A DNA stretch of 64,000 bases from Bacteroidales bacterium (GTDB taxonomy: Bacteria; Bacteroidota; Bacteroidia; Bacteroidales; SZUA-534), in NCBI GenBank assembly GCA_046704385.1, contig JBJKSB010000088.1, forward strand, positions 6,931 to 70,930. Direction: 5' to 3'. Shown one piece after another: positions 50,889 through 62,124 of this stretch. Below the pieces are notes generated by a model. It ran no database searches. It saw only the letters and a list, made by a program, of their open reading frames with translations, and was not told where the DNA came from. Position 1 is the stretch's first letter, and each line of letters starts with the position of its first letter. Both the position numbers and the translations under genes were made by a program.

Positions 50889-52457
50889 CTATTTGCTGAT
50901 GGTGAATTTTCCACCAGTTACCTGATTTGCTGCACTAATAGTGTACATGTACAATCCTTCAGGTAAATTATTAACACTTAACTCAGCCCTGTTTTGGCCA
51001 ATATTTCCGTCTGTTACAATATGGTTAACCTGTTTTCCAACCACATCAAAAACTGTAATCTCAACAGAACAATTTTGTTGCAGATTAAATGACAATGTTG
51101 CTGTTTCACGAGCCGGATTTGGATAAACTAATGCATTCAGAGCATTGTTAGCTGTGGCTTTCTGACTGAAAACACCTGTTGCCATCATCCAGCGCGGGTC
51201 ACCTAACGGTTTACCATTTTCATCTCCTGTTGCTGAAGCTGAACTTGTGCTATAAGAAGCATCAATATTGTTGATGCCAATCTCATCAGGCCAGTTATCA
51301 GGAAATGATGCTGCCGTAGGATCAGCATAAATAGCTGTCAGAAATTCAATAGGAAGCCCTGGCATATTTGTGAAACTAACCGGCTCATCGATAAATGCTT
51401 TGGTAGTATCAGCTCCTAATACAGTTTTAATAATTGGGGCCAACACTTCAGGTTTTGAAACTGAGTCGTTTGAGTTGAAATAAGCGATCAGGTCTGAAGT
51501 ACAGGCAATGTTGTTATTGTGGATTTCCAGTTTTGTATCGCTATAAATAGTGTCCATGGTAATCATGTAAACATTCAAATTATCGGGATACGGGCCAGTT
51601 TGTTCTTTGTCATGAGGGTGATTACCACCATACATACCATTGATTACCAGGTTATTGGTTATTTTGGCATGATGTACTTTAGCAAGGGCAAAACATCCGT
51701 GGAAACCCTGGTTATTCACGATGGTATTGTGATCGAACTCAATATAGTTTACTTCACCACCCATATTGCGGAAAAACCTGTCTTGCATATAATACTCGGT
51801 ACAATTTTGTACCACGATGCTATCTGCTTTGTGACCGCGAGTATCAACCAGACGTCCGTTTCCGTTATATTCACGGTAATTGCCTGTTTTAGCAGCAACA
51901 CAGTTTTCAACGTAAACACTAATGCCATCAGCGTTTAAGTAAAGGGTCGTCCCTTTGTCATACTCAAACTGACAATCTTTTAAGGTAACTCTTGAATCCG
52001 GTCCTGATGCTCTAAAACCACCAAATTTTGGGTTTGCGTTGGCATTACCAGTAGTCTCATCAATACCATTGGCATTCGATAAATAAATACCTTCAAGCAT
52101 AATATCGCCGGTATTATTGATTAAAATAGGCCACTTGTTACTGGCATCTTTTACAGCATAAATAGCCGGTTTAAAGCCCGTACCAGCTTCAGCACGAATG
52201 TGCAATGGTGCGTTAATTGAAAGAGTAGCGCTTACCGGGTACAGACCATTCATTTTAAGCTCATAAATGGTATTAACGTCAACCCTGTCGCCATTTGCTG
52301 TAGTATCGCCGTTGATTATATCGCTTAATATTGCGCCGTCATCAACCTTAACAACTCTTTGTGCAAAAGCCTGTGAGCCTAAGGTTAACAGGCCGGCTGC
52401 CAAAAGCATCATCCATAGAGTGCTTTTTTTTGTGAAAATTAAGTAATTGTGTTTCAT
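50889..52457 (-). CDS. T9SS-secreted protein with probable parallel beta-helix (pectin-lyase-like) fold
   Basis: Repeated ENC/QNC/DHNT/TNN beta-helix rungs, PLGDPRW, C-terminal VYPNP...GLYMYTI CTD. Confidence 0.7.
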   Translation of the reverse strand: MKHNYLIFTKKSTLWMMLLAAGLLTLGSQAFAQRVVKVDDGAILSDIINGDTTANGDRVDVNTIYELKMNGLYPVSATLSINAPLHIRAEAGTGFKPAIYAVKDASNKWPILINNTGDIMLEGIYLSNANGIDETTGNANANPKFGGFRASGPDSRVTLKDCQFEYDKGTTLYLNADGISVYVENCVAAKTGNYREYNGNGRLVDTRGHKADSIVVQNCTEYYMQDRFFRNMGGEVNYIEFDHNTIVNNQGFHGCFALAKVHHAKITNNLVINGMYGGNHPHDKEQTGPYPDNLNVYMITMDTIYSDTKLEIHNNNIACTSDLIAYFNSNDSVSKPEVLAPIIKTVLGADTTKAFIDEPVSFTNMPGLPIEFLTAIYADPTAASFPDNWPDEIGINNIDASYSTSSASATGDENGKPLGDPRWMMATGVFSQKATANNALNALVYPNPARETATLSFNLQQNCSVEITVFDVVGKQVNHIVTDGNIGQNRAELSVNNLPEGLYMYTISAANQVTGGKFTISK

Positions 52458-52497
52458 AATAATTGTGTTTAGATGTTATTTTTTCGATATAGATATA

Positions 52498-55362
52498 TTA
52501 AAATTTAGCTTGTATACCCAGATTGAATATCATACCATATTCCTGAATCCTGTCAGGTGTGGAAGTTGACAAATTCTTATATGACTCCTCACGTTGCTGA
52601 TTCAGGTTGGTCAGGTTGGCGTACACATCAAAATACTTATTAATTTTTTGCTTAACTGAAGCATCCCAGCGCCAAAAGTGCCATACAGTAATATTTTCAA
52701 TATCCTGTGTACCCGGAACACTTAAATAGTTACCCTGGTAAACCCCGGATACCCGGCATGAAAAACCTTTATAATCGTAGCCTACCGATAGGTTAAAAAT
52801 ATAAGGTACCTGACCGGGAATACTGATTTTCCGTTCTTTAGGGATTACCTGGCTTATGGTTCTTGGTCGGCCTGTTACAGGATCACGAAAAGTACTGTCC
52901 TTGGTTTCGAAATAGTATTTTGTGGTTTCGGAAAATAACCGTGAGAAATTAGCACTTAATACAATGCCATTAAACGGAGCCGGTAAATATTTAAAATTGG
53001 TTTGTAAATCAAATTCAAAACCATATACATTAGCCTCCGGGCTATTTTGGTAAGTTGACAAATAATAATTCTTCCGCCCGGGATATCCATTGGCCTCAGC
53101 AATACTGTCGCTGGCCAGGTAATAATTTTCAACCCTGTAGAAAATATTCTTCATATCCTTATAGAATACTCCGGCTGTAAAAAGACCATATTTACCATTA
53201 TAAAATGACATATTAAGATCGTAATTCCACGATTCCATGTGCTTAAGCCCTGTATTACCAGCTTGAATTATATTGTTGTTAATATCAATAAGGGTGCGTG
53301 GAGTTATATAATTATAATCAGGACGTGCAATAGTTTTAACAGCTGATGCTTTAAGAGAAAACCACTGAATGGGTTTAAAGGTCAGGTGTAAATGTGGTAA
53401 TATATCGGTGTATTTTTCGGTTGTGGTGGTATCAGTAATGGTACCTGTTTCACCATAGAAATTTGACAAAGTACAATATTTACCACCATATTTATTATTT
53501 GACTGCTCCAGACGCACGCCGGGAATAATGGTGAGGTAATCGCCAAACTCTAGCTTTGCCATAACATAACCAGCTGCAACAGCCTGAGTAACTGTATAAT
53601 CCTCAACATCGCTTTTTCGGTTTGCCCTATAATAATCATTTTGTGCTGAATACCAGTCGTGTGACATAGCGCGATCGAAATTCACATTAAATGGATACCC
53701 GAATACGCTGCTGGTAACCGGCTTACCATCATTAAAAAATGAATTGGCTGAAATTAACCCTCTGGAAGTGTAATTAATAGTTCCATCATACCTGCTAACT
53801 GCATCTGAAACAGTACTACCTCCCAAATAATAATAAGGTTCAAGTTTGTCATTAAGATCGCGTGAACGGTTTGTCAGATTATACTTACCACCAAATTTAA
53901 AATAACCACTAAATAGTCCACCAGCCTGAAATGGAAGTTTAAAATTTGCCAGAGCTGTTGATGCCTGTTCGTTTACATCATTGGTAGACGAATGCGATTC
54001 CCGCAAATATGCCTCAGAATAATCTTTGTTGGCCGTTAGAACCCAATTGTTGAAGTCGAATGGACCTGGTTCAGCTGTATAAATATTATCGTTACGAAAA
54101 TCCATAAGTGTGTTCAGCGGTGTATTATTATGGGTTAAAGAAGTTGAAAGGCTCCAATCCATTTTAATTTTACCCAGGGTATGATCACCTGACAGGGCCG
54201 TTGACAAAATATCCAGGTCAATTTGTTGCTCACTATTGGTAAACCTTAATTGCTTGTCAACTAAGGCATCGTAACGTTCCGACTGTGAGAATAAATCGCG
54301 GTTGGTTGAGCTGTAAAAGGAATACAGCGAAATGTTGCCGTTCCCTAACTCGTAATCGAGGTTAAGGCTTGCCCCGGCTCTTTTACGAGCTTCCTGAACC
54401 TGAGAAAGTTCAAAATATTTATAATATAAATCGTTGTTTTGAGTGTACGACAAAGCCCCAAGCAAATTATTTCCACGATCGACACGCTGTGAATTTACCT
54501 GGGCAATAAGCCCCAGTTTTTTATCAAGAAACCTGCGGCTAAAATCCGCGGATACATTATAATCACCAAAATCGCTGTTTAATGAATTGTAGCCGCCTTC
54601 CAATTTAACGTCGGCCTTTTGTTCCTCAGGTGCCTTTTTGATCACGAGGTTAACAGTTCCGCCAACTGCGTCGGCATCCATATCTGGTGTCGGCGATTTA
54701 TAAACCTCAATTCCAGCAAGTAATTCAGGAGAAATCATACTTAAATCGACAGATTTGTCGGTAGATGAATTTGAAGCAACGCGTACTCCGTTTATGGTTA
54801 TAGCGCTAAACTTAGGTTCCAAACCCCTGATCATTACTTTTTGACCCTCACCTGAAACACGCTTAACTGCAATCCCGGGGATCCGGCCAATTGCCTCGGC
54901 GGCATTCACATCAGGAAGGTCTTTAATTTTATCCTCTGAAACTGCATTCATTACCACATCGGAGTTCAGTTGCTGATTTATTGCTTTGGTTTGCCCCAGC
55001 AATTGAGATGAAACAACAACTTCCGACAAGCCAACAATATCCATAATCAGAGTTATGTCTTTTTCGATTTTGGCACCATCAGTAATATCCACTTCCAAGC
55101 TATCGGTATCGTAACCTACATATGAATAAAGAAGAGTCACTTTACCAGCCGGAATTCCAGTCAGTACATATTTTCCATAAGGGTCAGTAATAGTCCCATA
55201 ATTCATCCCCTTAACAGATACAGTAGCACCCGGCAAAGTAGTACTGGAAGCTCCATCATTAATTGTTCCATAAACTGTACCCCCGGTTTGTGCCCAGGCA
55301 GCAGACTCAAAAAATATAACTGCCGCACAAATAATAACTAATTGTAAAATTTTGCTTTTCAT
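52498..55362 (-). CDS. TonB-dependent receptor (non-SusC type)
   Basis: LPDVNAAEAIGRIPG, GEG..VMIRG, KSPTPDMDADAVGGTVNL plug; lacks the SusC signature. Confidence 0.92.
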   Translation of the reverse strand: MKSKILQLVIICAAVIFFESAAWAQTGGTVYGTINDGASSTTLPGATVSVKGMNYGTITDPYGKYVLTGIPAGKVTLLYSYVGYDTDSLEVDITDGAKIEKDITLIMDIVGLSEVVVSSQLLGQTKAINQQLNSDVVMNAVSEDKIKDLPDVNAAEAIGRIPGIAVKRVSGEGQKVMIRGLEPKFSAITINGVRVASNSSTDKSVDLSMISPELLAGIEVYKSPTPDMDADAVGGTVNLVIKKAPEEQKADVKLEGGYNSLNSDFGDYNVSADFSRRFLDKKLGLIAQVNSQRVDRGNNLLGALSYTQNNDLYYKYFELSQVQEARKRAGASLNLDYELGNGNISLYSFYSSTNRDLFSQSERYDALVDKQLRFTNSEQQIDLDILSTALSGDHTLGKIKMDWSLSTSLTHNNTPLNTLMDFRNDNIYTAEPGPFDFNNWVLTANKDYSEAYLRESHSSTNDVNEQASTALANFKLPFQAGGLFSGYFKFGGKYNLTNRSRDLNDKLEPYYYLGGSTVSDAVSRYDGTINYTSRGLISANSFFNDGKPVTSSVFGYPFNVNFDRAMSHDWYSAQNDYYRANRKSDVEDYTVTQAVAAGYVMAKLEFGDYLTIIPGVRLEQSNNKYGGKYCTLSNFYGETGTITDTTTTEKYTDILPHLHLTFKPIQWFSLKASAVKTIARPDYNYITPRTLIDINNNIIQAGNTGLKHMESWNYDLNMSFYNGKYGLFTAGVFYKDMKNIFYRVENYYLASDSIAEANGYPGRKNYYLSTYQNSPEANVYGFEFDLQTNFKYLPAPFNGIVLSANFSRLFSETTKYYFETKDSTFRDPVTGRPRTISQVIPKERKISIPGQVPYIFNLSVGYDYKGFSCRVSGVYQGNYLSVPGTQDIENITVWHFWRWDASVKQKINKYFDVYANLTNLNQQREESYKNLSTSTPDRIQEYGMIFNLGIQAKF

Positions 55363-55531
55363 AAATACCCTCTAATTATAAATTAAGAAACACCATAAAA
55401 AGGATCAGTATAATTGCAGATACGAACAATAATATTTCAAATAATCCTATAAATTTTTTTTTGTTTTTTATGAAGTTTAGTCGCATCGATTTTTTTGATT
55501 ATAAATATACCGGCAGGTAGTAGAAAATGGA

Positions 55532-55606
55532 TTTTAAATGCGTCCCATTGTATTTAAAATGTGTTTCAAAAAGTTTTAAATGCGTGCCGGGATGTTTCAA
55601 CTATGT
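55532..55606. promoter_or_regulatory. Putative HTCS binding site: direct repeats with 21-bp period
   Basis: TTTTAAATGCGT (55532), TTTAAAATGTGT (55553), TTTTAAATGCGT (55574) and a weak fourth copy at 55595. Confidence 0.65.
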
Positions 55607-55802
55607 TGCATCAAAATTCTGTATGTAATTGCTTTTCTGTTTGTTACATATAACACGCGAAAGAAGTGCCTGATAAAAAATTTTAGAGGCATTTTTATGA
55701 TAATTGTTTCCAAAGGTGAGTCCTGAATTTTTAGAATAAACTAATTATTGCAACTTTCTATTAGGTTTTTTTGTCGGTTAAAAGGCATAAAATGGATGAG
55801 GA

Positions 55803-58800
55803 TTAATTTACACCAGAATTTCGGCTTTCGCTTATAAATTCGGCCGGGGTTTTCCCATAAAGCCTTTTAAATGATGTGATAAAGTATGAAGCACTACGAA
55901 ATCCCACCATTTCTGAAATCTCATTGATATTAAAATTGTGTTCCAATAATAATTTTCTTGAATGCTTCAATCGCTCATTCTTAATATATTCACTTGGTTT
56001 TAGTTCAAACACCGATTTGAATTTTCGGAACAACTGGCTGCGGCTCAGGTTGAGTTCCATACCAAAATCTTCGATTGAAAAATCAGGGTTATCCAAATTG
56101 TCTTCAATAATTTTTTGGGCTTTTTCAATAAACTTCGACTCATAGGTACTGGTTACCAAATTGCCCATATTTGTGTCCGATTCCGACTTAAATCTTTTTC
56201 TAAGTACTTCCCTCTGCTGTAATAAATTCTTTATCCGCGATTCCAGGTATTTTATTTCAAATGGTTTCTCAATATAAGCATCAGCGCCGGTATCAATACC
56301 CTCAATTTTTTGAGATATTTCAGTTTTAGCCGTTAGCAGAATTACCGGAATATGCGAGGTTGCAAAATGCTTTTTCAGTTTTGAGCACATTTCCAATCCG
56401 TCCATTTCAGGCATCATTATATCCGAAACTATAATATCGGGGATTTTTTTATTGGCGGTTTCAAAACCCAGTTTCCCATTCTCGGCAACCAGCACATTAT
56501 AGCTGTCAAAATGGTGTACCAGGAATTGTCTCAGCTCCTCATTATCCTCAACAACCAATAAAGTTATGTTCTTTTTTGAATCCGGTTCATTATCTGCAAT
56601 ATCTGCCTTGATTTTATCAGGAAGTTCATGCAAAACCATCGGCTCAGGTTTACCTTTTAATTGTTCATTATCCGAATATTTTTCCCTGTCAACTGAAAAT
56701 TCGATGCAGAATTCCGATCCTTTTCCCACCTGGCTGTTAACTTCAATTTTTCCGTGATGAACTTCGATTAAACGTTTTGAAAATGCCAGACCAATACCCG
56801 AACCTTGTTCATTTTTATTTGCCCCTGAATCGACCTGGAAGAACCGATTGAAAATGTTGGTAATATCTTCGGCAGGAATTCCCGATCCGGTATCCTGAAC
56901 GCAAATGGTAGCCACCAGATTCTCAACCTTCAGTTTTACCAGTATCTTACCTCTGTCAGGAGTAAATTTAAAAGCATTGGATAATAAATTGAAAATAATT
57001 TTTTCAATAATCCGTTTATCGAAACAGTAATTTTCCGAGCTGTTTACCTGGTATTTAAATTCATAGTCAATATTTCTTTCTTTAGCAGTTACTTCAAAAC
57101 ATTCAGCAATCTGTTGCAATAATTCCACAATATCCGATTCGGCAACGCGAAGTCTTAGCGATCCTTGTTCTGCTTTTCGAAAATCGATAAGTTCGTTTAC
57201 CAACGACAACATACGCTGAACATTACCTTTCATTATTTTGTACAAATAAACCTGTTCATCGCTATTGGTTTTAAAACTCATGAGCTTGTTCAATGGTGCT
57301 GAAATAAGCGAAAGGGGCGTTCGGAATTCATGTGAAATATTGGTAAAAAAGCGCAATTTCATTTGATTCAATTCTTCAATTTTTTTCTTTTCGATGCGTT
57401 CAAATTGAAGCAAGTTCCTCTGTTCAATTCTAAATATCAGTAATCGTCGTATTAAATAAAATATTGAGGCCAAAATAACCAGGTAAACCAGGTAAGCCCA
57501 GATGGTTTTCCAGTAAGGGTTCAAAACCGTAATTTTAAGTTGTCTGCCCGTTTCGTTCCAGTAATTATCGTTATTTGATCCTTTAACCTTGAAAATATAA
57601 TTGCCGGGCGGTATATTGGTGTACACAGCCGACCGGTTTGTACCAGCCTCAATCCATCCTTTATCGAGCCCTTCAATTTTGTATTCATACTTGTTTTTTT
57701 CAGGCGATGTAAAATTAAGCGCAGCATAATCAATAGTAATAGCTGATTGATTGTACTTTAATGTAATATTATTCGTAAAACCGATGAATTTTTCGAGAGG
57801 GGAACCCTTCTCACCAATGGGAACTTCTTTGTTAAAAATTTTAAATCCGGTAAGTACTATTGGTGGAATCCGGGTATTGTCGACAATTTCGTCAGGTTTA
57901 AAATAATTGAAGCCATTACGACCTCCAAAAATCATGTGCCCGTCGTGGGTCTTCAGCGCAACATATCCTTCAAATTCATTTCCCTGAAGACCGTCGATAA
58001 TATCATAGGTGCTGATTTTATCGGTTATGGTACTCATACGTGCAATCCCATTTGACGTACTTACCCAAATATCCTGGTTATCGTCAATCAACAAACCACA
58101 AATCCAGTTCGAAGGCAATCCATCAGACTCCGTAAATACCTTAAACTCATTCTTTTTCCGGTTATATCTTGCAATTCCGTTCTTTGTGCCAATCCATAGG
58201 TTACCCCGGGAATCTCTGGCAAGTGCATAAATATCATTATTTGACAACGAGTTAGGATTCTCCGGATCGTTTAACAGATTTATAAAAGATCCATCGGTCT
58301 TATCTAACAAAAATAAACCATGTTCCTTGGTTCCAACCCATAATTTATCAGCACCTTCATCCAAAAAACAGCGTGGCCTTAAAATATATGCATAAGGAAT
58401 AAATTTATTTCGCTTTGGGTCGAATTGCTGTAAATCTTTATAATTACCCACCCAAATAATTCCGGTAATATCTTTAAAGATGCAATAAACCCGGTTGTCA
58501 GAAATAGAAGTGGAATCATCCGGGTTATTTGTGTAATAAGAAAAGTACCCCGTTTTTTTATTAAACTTAACCAGTCCTTTACGAAAAGTCCCAATCAATA
58601 AATTGTTTCGGTCCGCTTCGCAAATTGAAAAAATATAATCATCATTTAATTTCCCTGATCCATTTTGTTTTCGGTAATTTTTAAAAGTTCCTGCTCTTGG
58701 ATCAAATCTGCTAATTCCTCCATTTTCCTTGGTACCAACCCAGATATATCCTTCAGAATCTTCACACAAAGCCCTGATGTTATTATTGAAAAGACCGTCA

Positions 58801-59882
58801 TCTTTAAAATTAACTTTAAAGTGCATGAATTTTTTTGCCTGTTTGTCGATGTAATTTACTCCGCTATTGTATGTTCCAATCCAAACAATACCGTTTGAAC
58901 TTTTAAAACCGGTTATTACGGCGGTACTATTTATACTGTATGGATTATATAAATCGGGTTTTAGCTGAGTTAATAAATTTTTTGCTTTATTGAATTGGTA
59001 CAAACCACCATCGCGAACCAAAAAATAATAAATTCCGGGATCGTCCTCAATAATACCATGGACCCGGTTTATTGAAAAATCGCCGTTTTCTTTGCTAAAA
59101 ACACGGGTAATCCCCTTTTCGATACCCGATTCAAAATAAAAAAGTCCCGCAGAATTTGATCCGACCCAAAAGCCATTTTCACTATCCTGCATAATAGTGA
59201 CTACGTCGACCATTTTATTCTGTTCATTATAAAGAGTTACTGAAGTATCACTGGTATTTATTTTTAATAAACCAGCATGGGTACCGGCCCACATGTTCCC
59301 TTTGTGGTCATTGAATAAACAATAAATATTTTGATTGCCATCTTCCGCGATTACTTTTTCAAGAGAAACTTTTTGCAAGGTTTTTTGGTGATTATCCCAG
59401 ATATAAATCCCGTTAAAATTTGCTATCCATAGCCGGCCTTTATCGTCAAAACTTAACCCGTTAATATTTATGCTTCCTGTCAGTGAATCCTGAATTTCGC
59501 CACTTAATACCGTCTCGAATTTTTGGTGTACCCGATCAAAATAAACCAGCCCTTTACGGGTTGACAGCCATAAATTATCGGTTTGAAAATCTTTAATAAT
59601 TAACTCAATAGAATTATTAGGAATATTATCGCTATTATCAGAATTACTGCGAAAAACCTCAAGCTGATACCCGTCAAATTTATTCAACCCATCTTCAGTA
59701 CCAAACCAGATAAATCCCTGATTGTCTTCAATAATACAATTCACCCGGTTCGACGATAACCCGTTATCGCGGGTTAAATGATGAAAATTCGGGACACGTT
59801 GTTGTGCCTGAAGACTGAGAATAAGAAAATTAAGAGTAATTAAAAAAAATAACCTTAACGTCATTGATGCGGTTTTGTCCAT
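55803..59882 (-). CDS. Hybrid two-component system (propeller sensor, His kinase, receiver, AraC)
   Basis: Reg_prop repeats, Y_Y_Y domain, TNISHEFRTPL, DTGSGI, SDIMMP, AraC HTH. Confidence 0.97.
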   Translation of the reverse strand: MDKTASMTLRLFFLITLNFLILSLQAQQRVPNFHHLTRDNGLSSNRVNCIIEDNQGFIWFGTEDGLNKFDGYQLEVFRSNSDNSDNIPNNSIELIIKDFQTDNLWLSTRKGLVYFDRVHQKFETVLSGEIQDSLTGSININGLSFDDKGRLWIANFNGIYIWDNHQKTLQKVSLEKVIAEDGNQNIYCLFNDHKGNMWAGTHAGLLKINTSDTSVTLYNEQNKMVDVVTIMQDSENGFWVGSNSAGLFYFESGIEKGITRVFSKENGDFSINRVHGIIEDDPGIYYFLVRDGGLYQFNKAKNLLTQLKPDLYNPYSINSTAVITGFKSSNGIVWIGTYNSGVNYIDKQAKKFMHFKVNFKDDGLFNNNIRALCEDSEGYIWVGTKENGGISRFDPRAGTFKNYRKQNGSGKLNDDYIFSICEADRNNLLIGTFRKGLVKFNKKTGYFSYYTNNPDDSTSISDNRVYCIFKDITGIIWVGNYKDLQQFDPKRNKFIPYAYILRPRCFLDEGADKLWVGTKEHGLFLLDKTDGSFINLLNDPENPNSLSNNDIYALARDSRGNLWIGTKNGIARYNRKKNEFKVFTESDGLPSNWICGLLIDDNQDIWVSTSNGIARMSTITDKISTYDIIDGLQGNEFEGYVALKTHDGHMIFGGRNGFNYFKPDEIVDNTRIPPIVLTGFKIFNKEVPIGEKGSPLEKFIGFTNNITLKYNQSAITIDYAALNFTSPEKNKYEYKIEGLDKGWIEAGTNRSAVYTNIPPGNYIFKVKGSNNDNYWNETGRQLKITVLNPYWKTIWAYLVYLVILASIFYLIRRLLIFRIEQRNLLQFERIEKKKIEELNQMKLRFFTNISHEFRTPLSLISAPLNKLMSFKTNSDEQVYLYKIMKGNVQRMLSLVNELIDFRKAEQGSLRLRVAESDIVELLQQIAECFEVTAKERNIDYEFKYQVNSSENYCFDKRIIEKIIFNLLSNAFKFTPDRGKILVKLKVENLVATICVQDTGSGIPAEDITNIFNRFFQVDSGANKNEQGSGIGLAFSKRLIEVHHGKIEVNSQVGKGSEFCIEFSVDREKYSDNEQLKGKPEPMVLHELPDKIKADIADNEPDSKKNITLLVVEDNEELRQFLVHHFDSYNVLVAENGKLGFETANKKIPDIIVSDIMMPEMDGLEMCSKLKKHFATSHIPVILLTAKTEISQKIEGIDTGADAYIEKPFEIKYLESRIKNLLQQREVLRKRFKSESDTNMGNLVTSTYESKFIEKAQKIIEDNLDNPDFSIEDFGMELNLSRSQLFRKFKSVFELKPSEYIKNERLKHSRKLLLEHNFNINEISEMVGFRSASYFITSFKRLYGKTPAEFISESRNSGVN

Positions 59883-60082
59883 AAATATATAAACTATTGA
59901 AATAAATCGGTAACTGAGGTTATATTTTTAAAACACGGGTTAACCTTTATAAACCTGGAAAACAATATTTTGATTATTTATCATATAATTTTAATGGGAA
60001 GTTTCACCTTGAATTTTAAAGTAACCAAAGCAATAAATCATTAAAAAATGGATATGTTTGCACCAAAATTGAAGTAGACAAA

Positions 60083-60841
60083 ATGGTTCAAATTTGTGCA
60101 CTGGCATCGGGGAGTAACGGGAATTGCTATTATATTGGGAATGATCAGGAAGCAGTTTTAATTGACATCGGTATTTCGAACCGACAACTAGGGCAGCGCT
60201 TGCGCAATGCAGGATTATCATTACGGAAAATTAAAGCAGTTTTTATCAGCCATGAGCATACTGACCATATTAAAGGTATGCGGGTGGTTTGTGAAAAGAA
60301 TCAATTTGCAGGCTTTGCCACAAAAAAAACCTTTGAGAATGCCAGGCCGGATTTCAGGTCTTCAAAAATCAACTATTTTGTTCCCGGTGATACCGTGCAA
60401 GTAGGATCCATAAAAATTCATTCATTTGGCAAACAACATGATGCGATTGACCCGGTAAGTTTCCGGATTGAAATTGAGGATAAAAACGTTGCCGTAATTA
60501 CTGATGTTGGAATTGCCTGCCCTAATGTAACAGAGCACCTTAAGCTATGTGATGCCGCTTTTTTGGAAACCAATTACGAGCATGATCTGCTAATGAATGG
60601 AAAATACCCATTTTACTTGAAAAAAAGAGTGGCTTCCGATTATGGCCACCTGGGCAACGATCAGGCTTTTGAACTGGTAAAATCGATAAATGGATCGCCT
60701 TTAAAAACTATCTTCTTATCGCATATTTCAGCCGACAACAACCGGGTTGACCTTGCAATGGATGCTTTTAAACCTTTGAAAGAAAAATACCGGATTGAAC
60801 CTACTTCGAGGTTTGGTATTTCGAGGGTGGTTGTTATTTAG
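60083..60841 (+). CDS. MBL-fold metallo-hydrolase (YycJ/WalJ-like)
   Basis: LASGSNGN, SHEHTDH, HDA.DP, GHLGN, LSHIS. Confidence 0.88.
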   Translation: MVQICALASGSNGNCYYIGNDQEAVLIDIGISNRQLGQRLRNAGLSLRKIKAVFISHEHTDHIKGMRVVCEKNQFAGFATKKTFENARPDFRSSKINYFVPGDTVQVGSIKIHSFGKQHDAIDPVSFRIEIEDKNVAVITDVGIACPNVTEHLKLCDAAFLETNYEHDLLMNGKYPFYLKKRVASDYGHLGNDQAFELVKSINGSPLKTIFLSHISADNNRVDLAMDAFKPLKEKYRIEPTSRFGISRVVVI

Positions 60842-60979
60842 TATTTAAAATATAGTAAGTGACTCTATAACAAAAAAGTAATTCATTTTGTGCTTAAAAA
60901 AAATCTAATTGTGGATATAAAATCCTTCATTTCGTCAAACATTTCAAAAAATACAAAAAATGATCATTGTATACCGAAA

Positions 60980-62077
60980 TTAAATATTCTCCAGCGCAAA
61001 AACATATGCACCTAACTGAATGGCTTTACTGGCACCCAATTGAGAATGCGCAATTGCCACGCGGGACTCGGCATCATAATTCACTGTTTTTTGAGAACCG
61101 GGAATAAGAACGGGTTTTGCATACGAACTTAAAAATGCTTCTTTTTCATCATTATTGCTATAGTCGTACACTTTTTGCACCAGCCGATTCTGTGACTTAT
61201 CACCCCGGTTAATGAATTTCCGGTTCAGCTCTTCCATAACCGAAGGCATATAAAGTTCTTTTGCTCCCGTAATTCCACCTCCGATAACCACAAGCCCGTC
61301 AAACAATGTTATTAAATTGGCTATAGCATCACCAATACCCCGGCCAAAAAACTGAAAAGCCTGTATTGCGGCATTTTTATCACCAGGTTTTTCACCTTTG
61401 GCAATCTGAAAAATATCGTATGGTAAAAGATCAGTAACCTCTGATTCTGATTTTTCTTTATAAGTTGCTATTATCGATCGGGTGCTAACCACCTCTTCAA
61501 TATTACAATCGGGGTTTACCCGGTTACTCAACAACCAAATCTCCGATGCAATACCATTGTCCCCTAAAATAAGCCTTTTATCAGCCACCAATCCTGCACC
61601 AAAGCCGGTTCCAAGTGTTAATCCTATCAGGTTTTTATAACATTTTGTGCTCCCAGCTGCCTTTAAATCTTCATTAATTGCAGGCAACATTCCCATTAAT
61701 GCTTCTCCGTAAGCAAATAAATCACCGTCATTATTTATGAAAACCGGAAGGTTAAATTTTTCATGTAAAAACGGCCCCAAAGGTATTCCGCCCCTGAATG
61801 CCGGCAGGTTGGGTAAATCGCCAATAATACCATTGGCGTAATCGGCCGGACCCGGAAAGGCAAAACTGATGGCAACCGGTTCTGATATTAGTGTATTTCG
61901 AACTTTAGTAAAACCCTCAACCAGCGTGGATAAACATTTATCAAGATTATCAGCATTCGATGCAAGAGTGATAGGCTCAACAACCTGTTTATTACCCTGC
62001 ATTGCCGAAAAAACAAAGTTCGTTCCCCCGGCGTCGAGTGTCATTACAATTCTTTTATCTGTATTCAAATCTGTCAT
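60980..62077 (-). CDS. ROK family sugar kinase
   Basis: LDAGGTN, FPGPADY, INND, TLGTGFG. Confidence 0.9.
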   Translation of the reverse strand: MTDLNTDKRIVMTLDAGGTNFVFSAMQGNKQVVEPITLASNADNLDKCLSTLVEGFTKVRNTLISEPVAISFAFPGPADYANGIIGDLPNLPAFRGGIPLGPFLHEKFNLPVFINNDGDLFAYGEALMGMLPAINEDLKAAGSTKCYKNLIGLTLGTGFGAGLVADKRLILGDNGIASEIWLLSNRVNPDCNIEEVVSTRSIIATYKEKSESEVTDLLPYDIFQIAKGEKPGDKNAAIQAFQFFGRGIGDAIANLITLFDGLVVIGGGITGAKELYMPSVMEELNRKFINRGDKSQNRLVQKVYDYSNNDEKEAFLSSYAKPVLIPGSQKTVNYDAESRVAIAHSQLGASKAIQLGAYVFALENI

Positions 62078-62124
62078 AAGGTTTGGAAATTGGTTTGGTA
62101 TTTGAGTTTTAAATCAGTTTTTTT

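Noticed and set aside
55803-59882. Repetitive-looking sequence in the HTCS gene
   Set aside because: Ordinary Reg_prop beta-propeller protein repeats, not a DNA repeat array.
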